Shown here: in pieces, positions 12,850 through 26,027 of the stretch
How positions within the stretch are numbered: position 1 is the stretch's first letter
Layout: each line of letters starts with the position of its first letter
NCBI GenBank assembly: GCA_026770705.1
Contig: JANJGN010000189.1
Span: 930,001 to 986,846 of the forward strand
Direction of reading: 5' to 3'
Source: Isurus oxyrinchus
Taxonomy: Eukaryota
DNA length: 56,846 nucleotides
The notes under the pieces: model-generated
The model's database searches: none
What the model was told of the DNA's origin: nothing
The model's input: the letters and a program-made list of their open reading frames with translations, nothing else
Made by a program: the position numbers and the translations under genes

Positions 12850-13450
12850 CTGCCCTTTCTATCTCACGGATTAGAATATAAGGGGGCAGAGGTCATGCTT
12901 CAGTCTACATAAAGCCCTGGCTAGACCACACCTGGAGTCACTGTGAGACATTCTGGGCCCCACACCTTAGGAAGGATATATTGACCTCGGAGGGAGAGCA
13001 GTGTCAGTTTACCAGAATGAGACCGGGACTCCAAGGGTTAAATCACAAGGAGAGATTAAACACAAACTCGGCTTGTATTCCCTGGAAGTTAGAATGTTAA
13101 GCAGGAGATTTGATGAAAGTTCGCATGATAATAAGGGGAACAGATTGGGGGCAATAAAGAGAAACCATTTCCCCTGGTTGGGGGGAGTCTGGGACTCGGG
13201 GTCAGAGCCTAAAAAGGAATTAAATTAGGAAGTACAAAGGGTGGGAGAAATTTGGAACTCTCTTCCCCAAACAGGAACTGATGCACGATCAAGTTGTTCA
13301 TTTTAAACCTGTGAGACTGATAGATTTTTGTTATCCAAAGGTATTAAAGGAGATGGGACAAAGGCATATGGGGCTAGTTTGCAGATCAGCCATGAACTCT
13401 TTGAATGGTGGAGCAGGCTCGAGGGGCCAAATGGCCTCCTCCTACCCTTA
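12850..13450 (+). mobile_element. CR1-type LINE 3' fragment
   Basis: HGLEYKGAEVMLQ..KALARPHLE..LGLYSLE; tail gatcagccatga...gagcaggctcgaggggccaaatggcctcctcct. Confidence 0.8.
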
Positions 13451-14329
13451 TGTAATAGAAACTTACCTGTCAGAAGCCAGTTTATGTTGATGTGAGTCTG
13501 AGTCGATGACTGAACCCAGTTGGTGACTTGTTCCATACAAAGCAAGAACGTTCATGCCCTTCAATGTTCCTGGATAAACCATTAACAAAGCTGGTGACAG
13601 ACAGTCTCCACATGGTAAACACTGACCGATCAACACATGACATGGCTGTTAACCCCTAAACCTCAGCGTAAATCAGTTCCCCCTCGAGGCCCCTTGTCCG
13701 AAATAAAAGCAACGCACACAATTTGTAAAATAGTAAGTGTCTGGCAGGAAGGAGGAGCAATGAGAGGAGTAAGGGGTTAGGGGGCGTGCGCTTCACCTGA
13801 TTTGCCGACATAAGAACCAGCCCCTATGTTTTTGCTATGTTGTGTTGCATCAATATGAACACATATTTGCACAAGGTGAAGGGCGTTGCGGAGGGACTGA
13901 TAGTTCTCGGCGCCAGACAGTCAATGTCCCAGTGACCTTACTGCTGGTCCCAGGCCAGTGGGACAGGGAACATCGACACTGCAATATCCAGAAATGGGTG
14001 TGATACCACACAGCTACCCACCCGCGGCTGTCCCCTTCAAGTGTTTCAGGTATAAGAGCAGGAAGCTCCTCTAGTTACAAACCAAAGCATCAAAGCAGAG
14101 CCAGAAGATCAGAAGAGACAGGCAGAGATGGGAAGCTCCCAGATGAAATGGCGACTTGTCTTGTTCACTCTGACTTTGCTGCTCTCCCTGCAGCTGAGTC
14201 ACTTCTTCTCCTTGTCGAGGTTAAGCTAAGAGATGTCCCTCTGGGTGAGGTGTTTCTTGCACATGACTCTACGTCTACCACCCAGATAGACTGGTCACTT
14301 CCGCAGTTTGATATTATTATGTTCGTGCC

Positions 14330-15575
14330 TTTAATATTGTCGCCCTCTATGAATTTAACATCATTTCCTTCTGTCATTTCCCCTGAAATTCTCATTCTTG
14401 TTTTCAATTCCTCCTCAGCGACTCCCTATCTCTGTAACCTCCACCAGGCCTTACAACCCTCCCTATCTCTGTAAACTCCTCCAGCCCCTACACCCCTCCC
14501 TATCTCTGTAAACTCCTCCAGCCCCTACAACCCTCCCTATCTCTGTAACGTCCACCAGGCCTTACAACCCTCCCTATCTCTGTAACCTCCTCCAGCCCCT
14601 ACAACCCTCCCTATCTCTGTAACTTCCTCCAGCCCCTACAACCCTCCCTATCTCTGTAACTTCCTCCAGCCCCTACAACCCTCCCTATCTCTGTAACATC
14701 CTCCAGCCCCTACAACAATCCCTATCTCTGTAACATACTACAGTCTCTACAACCCTCCCTATCTCTGTAACCTCCTCCAGTCCCTATAACCCTCCCTATC
14801 TCTGTAACCTCCTCCAGACCCGACAACCCTCCCTATCTATGTAACCTCCTACAGTCCCCATAACACTCCCTATCTCTGTAACCACCCCCAGGCCCCACAA
14901 CACTCACGATCACTGTAACCTCCTCCAGACCCTACAACCCTCCCTATCTCTGTAACCTGCTCCTGACCCTACAACCCTCCCTATCTCTGTAACCTGCTCC
15001 AGACCCTACAACCCTCCCTATCTCTGTAACCTGCTCCAGACCCTACAACCCTCCCTATCTCTGTAAAATCCTCCAGGCCCCACAACCACCCCATCTCTGT
15101 AACCTCCTACAGCCCCTACACACCTCCCTACCTCTGTAACCTCCTCCAGCCCCCACAACTCCCCCATCTCTGTAACCTCCTACAGCCTCTACAACCCTCC
15201 CTATCTCTGTAACTTCCTACAGCCCTTACAACCCTCCCTATCTCTGTAACCTCCTACAGCCTCTACAGCCCTCCCTATTTCTGTAACCTCCTCCAGCCCC
15301 TACAACCCTCCCTATCTCTGTAACCTCCTCCAGCCCCTACAACCCTCCCTATTTCTGTAACCTCCTCCAGCCCCTACAACCCTCCCTATCTCTGTAACCT
15401 CCTCCAGCCCCTACAACCCTCCCTATCTCTGTAACCTCCTACAGCCTCTACAACCCTCCCTATCTCTGTAACTTCCTACAGCCCTTACAACTCTCCCTTT
15501 CTCTGTAACCTCCTACAGCCTCTACAGCCCTCCCTATCTCTGTAACTTCCTCCAGCCCCCACAACCCTACCTAAA
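14330..15575 (+). repeat. L2-type LINE end expanded into a 37-bp minisatellite (CTCTGTAACCTCCTCCAGCCCCTACAACCCTCCCTAT)
   Basis: EILILVFNS..PYLCNLHQ (L2 ORF2 C-terminus) runs directly into about 30 tandem copies of the unit. Confidence 0.9.
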
Positions 15576-15589
15576 TCACTGGTCTGAGT

Positions 15590-16155
15590 CTCACTCCAGG
15601 GAATTCAGTCCCATAATGTAGATCAACGCTCCGTGCTGAGGGAGTGCTGCACTCTCAGAGGGTCAGTAGTGTGGAAGTGTTGCACTATTGGAGGGACAGT
15701 ACTGAGGGAGTGCTATACTGTCGGACGTCAGTACTGAGGGAGCGCTGCACTGACGGAGGGACAATACTGTGGGAGTGCAGCACTATCGAAGGGTTAGTAC
15801 TGAGGGAGTGCTGCAGTGTCAAAGGGTTAGTACTGAGGGAGCACAACAATGTTGAATGAGACATTAAACTGAGTCCCCCGTCTGCCCTCTCGGGCGGGTG
15901 TGAAAGATCCCACAGCCACTATTTGGAGGAAGAGCAGGGGGTGTTCTCCCCGGTGTCCTGGCACCAATATTTATCCCTCACCCAACATCACCAAAAACAG
16001 ATGATCTAGGCCATGATCACATTGCTATTTGTGGGATCTTGCTGTGCACAAATCAGCTGCCACATTTCCTACAGTGTGAGTGCACTTCAAAAACATCCTT
16101 CAGTGGCTGTGAAATGCTTTGGGATGTGGTGAAAGGCGTTAGAGAAATGCAAGTC
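15590..16155 (+). mobile_element. DeuSINE-like element with internal 33-bp tandem expansion
   Basis: Repeats of gtactgagggagtgctgcactgtcggagggtca followed by the Deu core (gagacattaaac...gatcccacagccactatttgg...). Confidence 0.75.
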
Positions 16156-16255
16156 TGTCCTCCTCCCCCTCTCTCTCCTGTACCTCTCTCTCTCTCTCTC
16201 CCTCTCCCTCAATCCTCCTCTCACTTTCTCCCTGATAAATTCTTTCTTTTTGCAG

Positions 16256-16312
16256 GTTGACACTGCTTTAGGTTCTTCGACGATTGAGAAATCTGTGGAT
16301 TCCCCGGACACG
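16256..16312 (+). pseudogene. Orphan 57-nt phase 0-0 exon (VDTALGSSTIEKSVDSPDT), probably a Siglec cytoplasmic linker exon
   Basis: Strong polypyrimidine acceptor tctttctttttgcag and donor ACG|GTAGGT. Its downstream intron is the inverted copy of the intron preceding the tail exon at 54851. Confidence 0.55.
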
Positions 16313-16554
16313 GTAGGTGGAAATTCATTCCTTATTTTAAGGTTTCTCCCTGCTCGTTTCTTCCACAGAAAGTTTTCTGATTTCAAGCTGATTTCAGTGG
16401 CAGTCTGTCTCGGTTATACTCAGGAGGCATGTTTGAAATCGAGCCCCCCCCACCCCCCCCCCTTTTTTTGCAAAGCTGGGAAGAGGCAATTCCAAGGAAG
16501 TGAACATATCCCCACAGGAATTTTAAATGTAACCCACGCCGGGAATAGTGAGAG

Positions 16555-18060
16555 GGAGACTGATCCAGCCTGGGAGTGGGTTAAAGAGAGGCTGGGAGTC
16601 GAGAGTCGGAGAGAGGGATGGAATGGGGGAGGGAGGGATTGGAAGAGAGAGACAGAGAGTGGGACGGGGAGGGGTGAAAGGGAAAGAACATAGGTGGGAG
16701 AGAGTGACAGAGGGAGAAATTAAAGAAGAGATGCAGAGTGAGGGAAAGTGAAAAGGGAAGAGAGATTGTCCAAGAGAGAGAAATTAACAGGGAAGGGAGA
16801 GTTACAGAGTGAGCGAAAGGTACAAAAATAGTGTGAGAGAGAGGGAGAGATACAGAGTGGGAGAATGAGACAGGGAGAGAGAGAGGGAGAGAGACAGGAA
16901 AAGGGAGAGAGGAGAGAAAGATTGGGAGAGAGGGCAATTGAGAGGAAGAGTAGGAGAGAGAGACAGGGAGAGGAGGAGTGGAAGAGAGGAAGAGAGAGAG
17001 AGATATGGAGCAGGAGAACACCTCCTCCGGTCCCGATGTTCCTCCAAAATCTCTGACATTACTGCATCTCCCGGGTCCCCCTGATTCCCATCGCTCCACC
17101 ATTGGTGGCCGTGCCTTCAGCTGCCTGGGGCCCTGAGCTCCGGAATACCCTCCCTTAACCTCTCTGCCTCTCTTTCTCTCTCTCTCTCTCTCCTTTAAGA
17201 CGTTCCTTAAAAACTGACATCTTTGACCAAGCTTTTGGTCACCCATCCCTAATATCTCCATATGTGACTCAGTGTTAGACTTCTCTCTGATTTACGCTCC
17301 GGTAATGTGGGCTGGGACATTTTGCAATGCCAGAGGCGCTGTGTAAATGCAAGTTGTGAGTGTTATGTGGAAGGGAGACCCCAGGCGGCAGTCAGTGCCA
17401 GAGACTGGAGTCATTGTGTGCAGACCGTATCTAATCTCTCCGAATGCACAATCGGTTTGACTGTCAGCCAAAGCATTTTTGATATTTGATCCTTCTAACT
17501 GTTTATAACCAGGCCTACATCAAACACCGAGAGGCTGGTTAATCAACAGACACCTTAGAGGATCGAGTGAAAGACAAAGAGGACTTGCATTTCTCTAGCG
17601 CCTTCCAACACATCAGGACGTCTCAAAGTGTTTCGCAGACAATCAAGTGCTTTTTTTCTTTCATGTGAGGTCACTGATGTAATGTGGGAAAAGAATCAGC
17701 CATTGGCGCACAATAAGATCCCACAGACAGCAGCATGATAATGACCAGCGCACTCCCAGTACTTGCACTGCAAGAGTCAGTTCAGGGTGTCTGCTCGATT
17801 CTCTGCGACTCTCAGCTCTGAGTTAAAAGGACCACCAGGCGTAATTGAGGAATTACCGAGCTATCGGAGGGTCAGTACTGAGGGTGTGCTGCACTGTCAG
17901 AGGGTCAGTACTGAGGGAGTGCTGCATTGTCAGAGGGTCAGTACTGAGGGAGTGCTGCATTGTCAGAGGGTCAGTCTTGAGGGAGTGTTGCACTGTCGAA
18001 GGGTCAGTACCGGCGGGGGGATGCACAGTCGGAGGGTCAGTACTGAGGGAGTGCTGCATT
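16555..18060 (+). repeat. Segmental duplication, arm 1 (inverted copy of 55330-56846)
   Basis: Near-identical reverse complement; ORFs 17307..17489 vs 55919..56101 and 16581..17261 vs 56298..56820 match. Confidence 0.95.
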
Positions 18061-18575
18061 GTCAGAGGGTCAGTTTTGAGGGAGTGCTGCACTGTTGGAG
18101 GGTCAGTACTGAGGATGTGCTGCATTGTCAGAGTCAGTACTGAGGGAGTGCTGCACAGTCGGAGGGTCAGTACTGAGGGGGTGCTGCACTGTTGAAGGCG
18201 CTGTCTTTCAGATGAGACATTAAACTGGGGCAACCAATCTGCCCTCTCAGGTGGATATAGAGGATTCCATGGCCACAATTTAGATGAAGTGCGTCAGGAG
18301 TTGGGGGGTATGTGTGGAGGGGGTGGTGGGGGCTGGATGGGGTGGAGTTATGTCTGCTTTCCTGGGGCAAACATTTATCCCTCAACTGACATTGGTAAAA
18401 AACTGAAAATGGGGCCATTATCACATTTCTGTTTGTGGGATCTTGCTGTGCGTGAATTGCTTGCTGCGTTTCCTACATTACAGCGGTGAGCTCACTTCAG
18501 AAAAAGTCCTTCCATCAGCTGTTGAACATTTTGGGCCATCCTGAGGTGGGGAAAGGTGCTAGAGAAATGCGCCAT
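17860..18575 (+). mobile_element. DeuSINE-like element with 33-bp minisatellite
   Basis: About 10 copies of the 33-mer, then gtctttcagatgagacattaaac...ctgccctctcaggtgga... core. Confidence 0.75.
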
Positions 18576-21209
18576 CCTCCTTCCAATGACGCGCCTGATT
18601 GAAATGATGCCAGAGTCAAAGGGAGGCGGTGCCTTCTTTCTTTCCGGAATGTTCTCACCTATTGTCCTCCTGCTTTTCCAGGGCTCCTTGCTGCAGCGCC
18701 AGAAGAGAATGAGCAGACAGCAGCTCTGCAGATTCTGCTGTAACTGCTGTAATTGGAGAGAACCAAATGAGACTTGTGGTCTCTGCTGTAGATATTAGAC
18801 CCTGGCCTCATTCACGCAAGGTCATCCTGCACCATGCCACAGCCTCTCCCCTCCTTATCTACTGCTTAGCAATCTATTTCACACAGGCCCTGTTCATTAA
18901 TTCCAACTGAAACTTTACCTGCGTTTTACAGCAGGGAAAGGAGCCATTCGGCCCATCTGCTCCATGCTGGTGTTTCTGCTCCACACGAGTCTCCGCCCAC
19001 CCCTTCTCCATCTCACCCCATCACCATATCCTTCTATTCATTTCTCCCTCGTGTGTTTATCCAGCTTCCCCTTAAATACATCGACACTATTCACCTCACG
19101 TGACTGTGTTTGTGTCTGTCTTTATGAGCGTGTGTGTGTATGTGTGTGTGTGTGACTGTCAATATGTGTGTGTCAATGTGAATGAGTGAGTGTGTCAGTG
19201 TGTCTGTGTGGGTGTGTGTGACTGTCAGTGTGTGTCAATGTGAATGAGTGAGTGTGTCAGTGTGTCTGTGTGGGTGTGTGTGACTGTCAGTGTGTGTCAA
19301 TGTGAATGAGTGAGTGTGTCAGTGTGTCTGTGTGGGTGCGGGTCTGTGAGTGTGCAAGTGAATGTGTGAGGAATCTTATGACTAAGTCATTTGAATGGAT
19401 GTTACTGGGGTTAATGATAGTTAAAATTCAGAGAGATGTAAAGCGGGCTCCTGATTTTGCTGCTTTATGCTCCCGGGCACAGATTCACCCCGACAATGTG
19501 TTCATGATTCACCATTATCTTGTCGGGACTTTAATTGCAAATATTGTGCTTTGTAAAAAAAAAAATGAATAAACAACTTTTGTCTTCACAAAGTGTCTGG
19601 CTTGGTATTTCAGGCTACTTGTCTCCCCCTCACCCTCCCCCCCCACCATGCCCCCCACACCAGGGAACAATTGTCCCCCCTTCCTCTGAAGTTCTGGGTA
19701 AAGATCAGCTTTGTTCAATGCAAGCTGTTCCGACATTGAGAACGTTGTTACAAATATCTCACAAAGGGCACACGCCATGATAGCCCACTTTCAACAGATT
19801 TTACCAGTTGACCAGGTTGAAAACCTTTTCATAAACCACAACGTAGGTGTTCAATTCTTGCTGCTGTTTGCTTAATGTTCTCATAACTGCTATAACCTCT
19901 CTAGTTCCACTACATAACAACACAAACATAAATAAACAGAAGCAGGAGTAGGCCTTTTGGCCCCCCAAGCCAGCTTGTCCATTCAATTTGAACCTGGCTC
20001 CTGCTGAAAGTTATTTAAGTTGAAGCGATAAAGCCATCAGGTGCAAGGATTAAAATGTAAGCAAAGGAAAAATAATACTTAGACATGAGATTTAAAATCA
20101 GTTTCTGTGAAGAATCATACTGAGGCCATTGCTCTGGATTCCTTCTTTCCAGAGTGAAGGGTTTAAAACTAGGAGTCACATTCAGCAGCTGCGTTGTCTT
20201 CTCTAGTTGACTATTTGGAGGTTGCCTGTAGATGTGAATCAGCAGGTCAGCAGCTTTGGGGAGTGAGTGAAGGTCCCTTTTATTTACAGGATCTGCCACA
20301 GGGTGTGCAGGAATATTCCTGCTGAATTCTCCATCCTTGCATTCATGAAGGGTTTGAAACTGGAAGTCATATTCAGCAGCTGCAATGGCCTCTGTAGCCA
20401 ACTGTCTGGAGGTTGCCTGTACAGCTGGACTCAGCAGGTCAACAGCTTTGTAGGGCGGGGGTGTGCATGGGTAATAAAGGTCCCTTTACTTTAAAGGCTC
20501 TGCCAGTGCAACACTTGATGATCCTGGGTCAAAATCATGTAACTCCCTCCCCAACAGCACTGTGGATGTGCCCTATGGAGGTTCCTTGGCTTCGACAAGC
20601 AGCCTACCAGCTCTGCTCTCAATTCCTCTTCACACTTGCTTCCTTCCTCCTCTGGTCTTTACTTTGTTATAGTGTTAGTGTCCGCTCTGCCTTTTTTGTA
20701 GCTTTCTCAATTCTTCCCACCAACTCTCTCTGGCTTGATCCTTCTCTGTGCTCATCTCATTGGTTTGAGTTTCTATCCGTTCATTGACCTGGTGTAATCT
20801 GAAACTGGTGCAATCAGGTAGGGGTGGGGGGGTTGGCGCTGGCCGTGGGTGGTGATACAGGGCTACCTTTTTACCAAAATTCTTTCACGGGATGTGGACA
20901 GCGTTTGTTACCTGTTCCAGACTGAGCCCTGGAGAAGGGGGTGCTGAGCTGCCTTTTCGAAGTGCTGCAGTTCGCCTGGTTTGACTGGTCTGTGGCGGGT
21001 TTTGATATAACTCAGTAGCTTGCTCGGCCATTTCAGGGGCCAGTTAAGAGTCAACCACATTGCTGTGGGTCAGGAGTCACACGTAGGCCAGAATGGGTAA
21101 GGACGGCAGGTTTCCTTCCCCAAAGGGCATTAGTGACCCAGATGGGTTTTTGTAACAATTGGCCTTAGTTTCATGGTCACCATTACTGAGACTAGCTTCG
21201 CATTCCAGA

Positions 21210-23415
21210 TGTCACATCCAGTCGTGGACAATTAAACAACTCACTGGAGGAGGAGGCTCCACAAATATCCCCATCCTCAATGATGGAGGAGCCCAGCACA
21301 TCGGTGCAAAAGACAAGACTGAAGCATGCGCAACAATCTTCAGCCAGAAGTGCTGAGTGGGTGATCCATCTCGGCCTCCTCCTGAGGTCCCCAGCATCAG
21401 AGATGCCAATCTTTAGCCAATTCGATTAATTCCACGTGATATCAAGGAAGGGCTGAAGGCACTGGATATTGTAAATGCTCCAGACCCTGACATTATTCCG
21501 GCAATAGTACTGAAGACTTGTGCTCCAGAACTTGCTGCGCCCCTAGCCAAGCTTTTCTGGAATTTTCTAGTACAGCTGCAACACTGGCAACTACCCGGCT
21601 ATGGGGTACGTCCTGTACACAAAAAGCAGGACAAATCCAACCCAGCCAATTCCCCAGCAGTCTATTCTTGATCATTACTAAAGTGATGGAAGGGGTCATC
21701 AACAGCGCTTGCAAGCAGCACCTGCTTACCAAGAACCTGCTCACTGACGCTCAGTTTGTGTTCCACCAGGATCATTCAGCTCCTGGCCTCATTACAGCCT
21801 TGGTTCAAACATGCACAAATGAGCTGAACTCCAGAGGTGAGGTGAGAGTGACTGCCCTTGACATCAAGGCAGCATTTGACTGAGTGTGGCAAAACAAGGA
21901 GCCCGAGCAAAACTGGAGTCAATGGGAATCGGGGGAAAACTCTCTGCTGCTTGGAGTCATACCCAGCACAAAGGACGATGGTTGTGATTATTGGGGGTCA
22001 ATCATCTCAGTTCCAGGACATCACTGCAGGAGTTACTCAGGGTAGTGTCCTAGGCTCAAACATCTTCAACTGCTTCATCAATGACCTTCCTTCCATCATA
22101 AGGTCAGAAGTGGGGATGTTTGCTGATGTTTGCACAATGTTCAGCATCATTCATGGCTCCTCAGATACTGAAGCAAGTTATGTCCAAATGCAGCAAGACC
22201 TGGACAACATCCAGGCTTGGGCTGACAGGTGACAAGTAACATTCATGCCACACAAGTGCCAGGCAATGACCAGCTCCAACAAGAGAGAATCTAACTGAAG
22301 GCGCAGAAAATTTGGATTTATTTTAAAGAGCCAGCCAGGACCAGCAGCTAGGGTGACAAAGCGTACACAGACAATCACATCCTTACGTGAAAGCTAAAAA
22401 CCTGTACAAAGGGCTCAGCTGGAAATTTGCAATGAGGAAATGGGAGACACACACACAAGGACACAGGGTGACTCAATCAAGAATTGGGGAAGGTTATTTC
22501 ACACCGTCCGATGGCCTTGAACCACATCCAGTCAGCCTCCGGAAACCTTTTGTATCGAACAAACATAGATTCTTTGCTGTCTCAAAAGGACAATAGCCAG
22601 TCTCTGCCCTGTAATTACTGTACAAGAACACAATTATCAGCCCACCGGAGGGTCATTGTGCTGTGGCCTTTGTCTAACTAATACCATTACCTTGTAACTG
22701 AGAGTAAAAAATATATAAACTGTGCTCATTTGAACCTCGGTGGAGAAGCGCCTGGACTGCCCAGCGTTTGCTCCCCACATGCCTAATAAAGGAACCACTT
22801 GAATATTGCATCTGGAGTCCGAGTGTTGACATTTTGTACCAGAATATCCCACAGACCATTCATAACCATCGCCCCTTGGCATTCAATGGCATTACCATCA
22901 CTGAATCCCCCAATATCAACATCCTGGGAGTTACCATTGAGCAGAAACTGAACTGGACCAGCCATATAAACACTGTGGCTGCAAGAGCAGGTCAGAGGCT
23001 GGGAACCCTGCAGACAGTAACTCACCTCCTGACTCCCCAAATCCTGTCCACCATCTACAACGCACAAGTCAGGAGTGTGATGGAATACTCTCCACATGCC
23101 TGGATGAGTGCAGCTCCAACAACACTCAAGAAGCTTGACACCATCCAGGACAAAGCAGCCCGATTGATTGGCTCCCCTTCCACAGAGCTAGATAGATTCT
23201 TGATTAACAATGGGGTGAAAGGTCATTGGGGGTAGGCAGGAATGTGAGGTTGAGGTGACAATCAGATCAGCCATGATCTTACTGAATGGCGGAGCAGGTT
23301 CGAGGGACTGAGTGACCTACTCCTGATCCTAACTCAGATATCCAGATGTTCTCAAAGGCAAATGGGGATGGGCAACAAATACTGGCCTAGTCAGCGACAC
23401 CAACATCCCTGAAAT
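21210..23415 (+). mobile_element. CR1-clade LINE ORF2 (reverse transcriptase) fragment, degenerate
   Basis: VRVTALDIKAAFD, GVTQGSVLG..FNCFINDL, MFADV, ILGVTIEQKLNWTSHI, IYNAQVRSVMEYS; multiple stops; interrupted by a solo LTR. Confidence 0.92.
22296..22862 (+). mobile_element. Solo LTR inserted in the LINE
   Basis: TG...CA termini, 4-bp target-site duplication TAAC (22292-22295 and 22863-22866), internal TATATAAA and AATAAA; the LINE sequence resumes after it. Confidence 0.85.
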
Positions 23416-24677
23416 GAATAAGAAAAAAATGTATCAATCAATTAAATTTATTGATTAATCGAATCTAAATTCCTCCAGCTGCCGTGGTGGGATTTGAACC
23501 CGTACCTCCAAAGCATTCACCTGGGCCTCTGGATCACTGGCCTAGTGCCATTCCCATTGTGCGACTGTCTGCTATCATCATGGCTCTTTCACATCGATGT
23601 GGAAGTCCTGATAACAGAAGCATTGGACGAGGTACAGAAAGGTGTCAGATCAGGAGCTCCATTGCTCAATATGAACGGATAATAAAGATAAATGAACATA
23701 AACCTTCCAGTCGCTAATTAGGGAGTCACTGTGGAGCCCATGAGTCCCTCGCAGCGCTATTGCAACCTTCTGGATCCCCAGTAGGGGACTCGGGGTGCAG
23801 CTGTGTCTTCCTCATCATTTGGAAAAGCCGGAATTGTTCGGGTGCCCCTTCAAACAGGCCAAAGATGCAGTGGGTGATGTCTCCCACAGGCCCTGGGAGA
23901 CCTCCCCTGCCAATTTGTTTTGTAGCTTATTCTTCAACTGCGACATTGGATCAGCTTGAAAAAGGGTGAGGCTGAGGCAATACCACCAGGTAAGCGTCTA
24001 TCCCCTCCCACTTCACCCCCCCCACCCCCGTAACCATCACAGTCCCTCCCATCGTGCTGGAGGAGCATAATGTGCACATTCCCCTCCTTCCAATCAGTCT
24101 CCTCCCTTCCTCTCTAATCCTTGATCTTATTGTGTTCGGGGTTGACATCCCAGTCCTCCTCCCTAGACTGTCTGATGTTGACATCCCAATGCCCCATGTA
24201 GACCTGACCTCTCTCCAACTAGAGGCCCATTGTACTGTGACTTACAGAGACCACCGGCCCCCCTCGATTCCCACCCCCACCCCTACTCTCTATATTACCT
24301 GCTCCCCACTGACAGGCTGCAGATGCCTCCCCTGACTGGGATTGTGCCACCTGCGGCCTAGTATCAAGCCACCCACTCCCAGGACCGACGTGTGTGAGGG
24401 ACTGACCACGTCACTCACACCATGCTGGGCACCACCAACCCAGGACTGCCAGGCTGTCCCCACCACACTGGACTGGGACTAGAATAGGCGTGCCAAGCAC
24501 AGCTCTCTAAATCGTGGCGCAGACCCACAGCACTCGCAATGTTTTGTGGCCCGAATCCTTGCTGAGGAACTGCCCAGCACTAAAATCAAAACAACTGCAG
24601 ATGCTGGAAATTCAAAACAGAAACAGAAACAGAAATACCTGGAAAAACTCAGCAGGTCTGGCAGCATCGGCGGAGAA

Positions 24678-25295
24678 GTACTGAGGTAGTGCGGCACTGT
24701 CGGAGGTTCAGTACTGAGGGAGTGCTGCACTGTCGGAGGGTTTGAACTGAGGGAGTGCGGCACTGTCGGAGGTTCAGTACTGAGGGAGTGCTGCACTGTC
24801 GGAGGGTCTGAACTGAGGGAGTGCTGCACTGTCGGAGGCTCTGAACTGAGGGAGAGCTGCACTGTCGGAGGGTCTGAACTGAGGAAGTGCTGCACTGTCG
24901 GATGGTTTGAACTGAGGGAGTGCTGCACTGTCGGAGGGTCTGAACTGAAGGAGTGCTGCACTGTCGGAGGGTCTGAACTGAGGGAGTGTTGCACTGTCGG
25001 AGGGTCTGAAATGAGGGAGTGCTGCACTGTCAGAGGGTCTGAACTGAGAAAGTGCTGCACTGTCAGAGGGTCTGAACTGAGGGAGTGCTGCACTGTCAGA
25101 GGGTCTGAACTGAGGGAGTGCTGCACTGTCGGAGGTTCTGAACTGAGGGAGTGCTGCACTGTCGGAGGGTTTGAACTGAGGGAGTGCTGCACAGTCGGAG
25201 GGTCTGAACTGAGGGAGTGCTGCACTGTCGGAGGGTTTGAACTGAGGGAGTGCTGCATTGTCGGAGGGTCTGATCTGAGGGAGTGCTGCACTGTC
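24678..25295. repeat. 33-bp minisatellite, local variant GAACTGAGGGAGTGCTGCACTGTCGGAGGGTCT
   Basis: About 18 copies; source of the 270-aa and 181-aa repetitive ORFs. Confidence 0.95.
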
Positions 25296-25637
25296 TAAAG
25301 AACATTGTACAAATAGCACAAAATTTCATCTGATGCCTGTGTCTCATGCTAACATGAAGTTCATGCACACAACAGGAATATTTCTCGCTGTTTCTCTGCA
25401 GCAAGACAGCTTTGGTATCACACCACCCACTGGCAAGAGTGTGCAGTTACAATGTGACATGTTTACATTGGAAATTTCTATTATAAAGATGGACAGAGGA
25501 ATTCATCTGATTGGAAAACGTGACAACAGGAAGCTATGTCTTTGAGCCAAGTATTTTGCAGCAAAACAAGAATTTTAATCTTTAAATATCTACAGAACAG
25601 GCTGAGCATTTTAATCACTTGAGTTAATCAATGTAAT

Positions 25638-25643
25638 TTTATT
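25638..25643 (-). terminator. Candidate poly(A) signal of the activating Siglec-like gene
   Basis: AATAAA on the minus strand about 390 nt after the stop codon at 26028. Confidence 0.45.
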
Positions 25644-26027
25644 CATAAGCCAAATGCTTCTTACAATCTATCGCAGCATGAAAAAGGTGCAGCATTCAGA
25701 AAGCACATTCCAATCAGAGAACAGAGTTTAGCAACGTCACATTTCTGTTCATTCCTATTCGATGAACAATTTCAAAAGGAAATTGGACGGACACTTGGAA
25801 ATAAATTTGCAGGGATACGGGGATAGAGCAGGGGATGGGACTGAGTGGATTCCTTTACAGAGAGACAGCATAGACTCAATGGGCCAAATGTCCTCCTCCA
25901 TTGCTGGAATGACTCGATGATACGGAGATGATTATAACCAGGACACTGACCAGTTTCATTACAACTTAACACAACATCACACGTTATTTGTCCGCACTGA
26001 CTGACCAGATTGTTGCTGTACAAAGCT

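Noticed and set aside
24479-25404. Long ORFs (270 aa, 181 aa) and similar ones at 17763-18278, 52001-52562 and 54712-55563
   Set aside because: Products of the 33-bp minisatellite; the unit is a multiple of 3, so several frames stay open.
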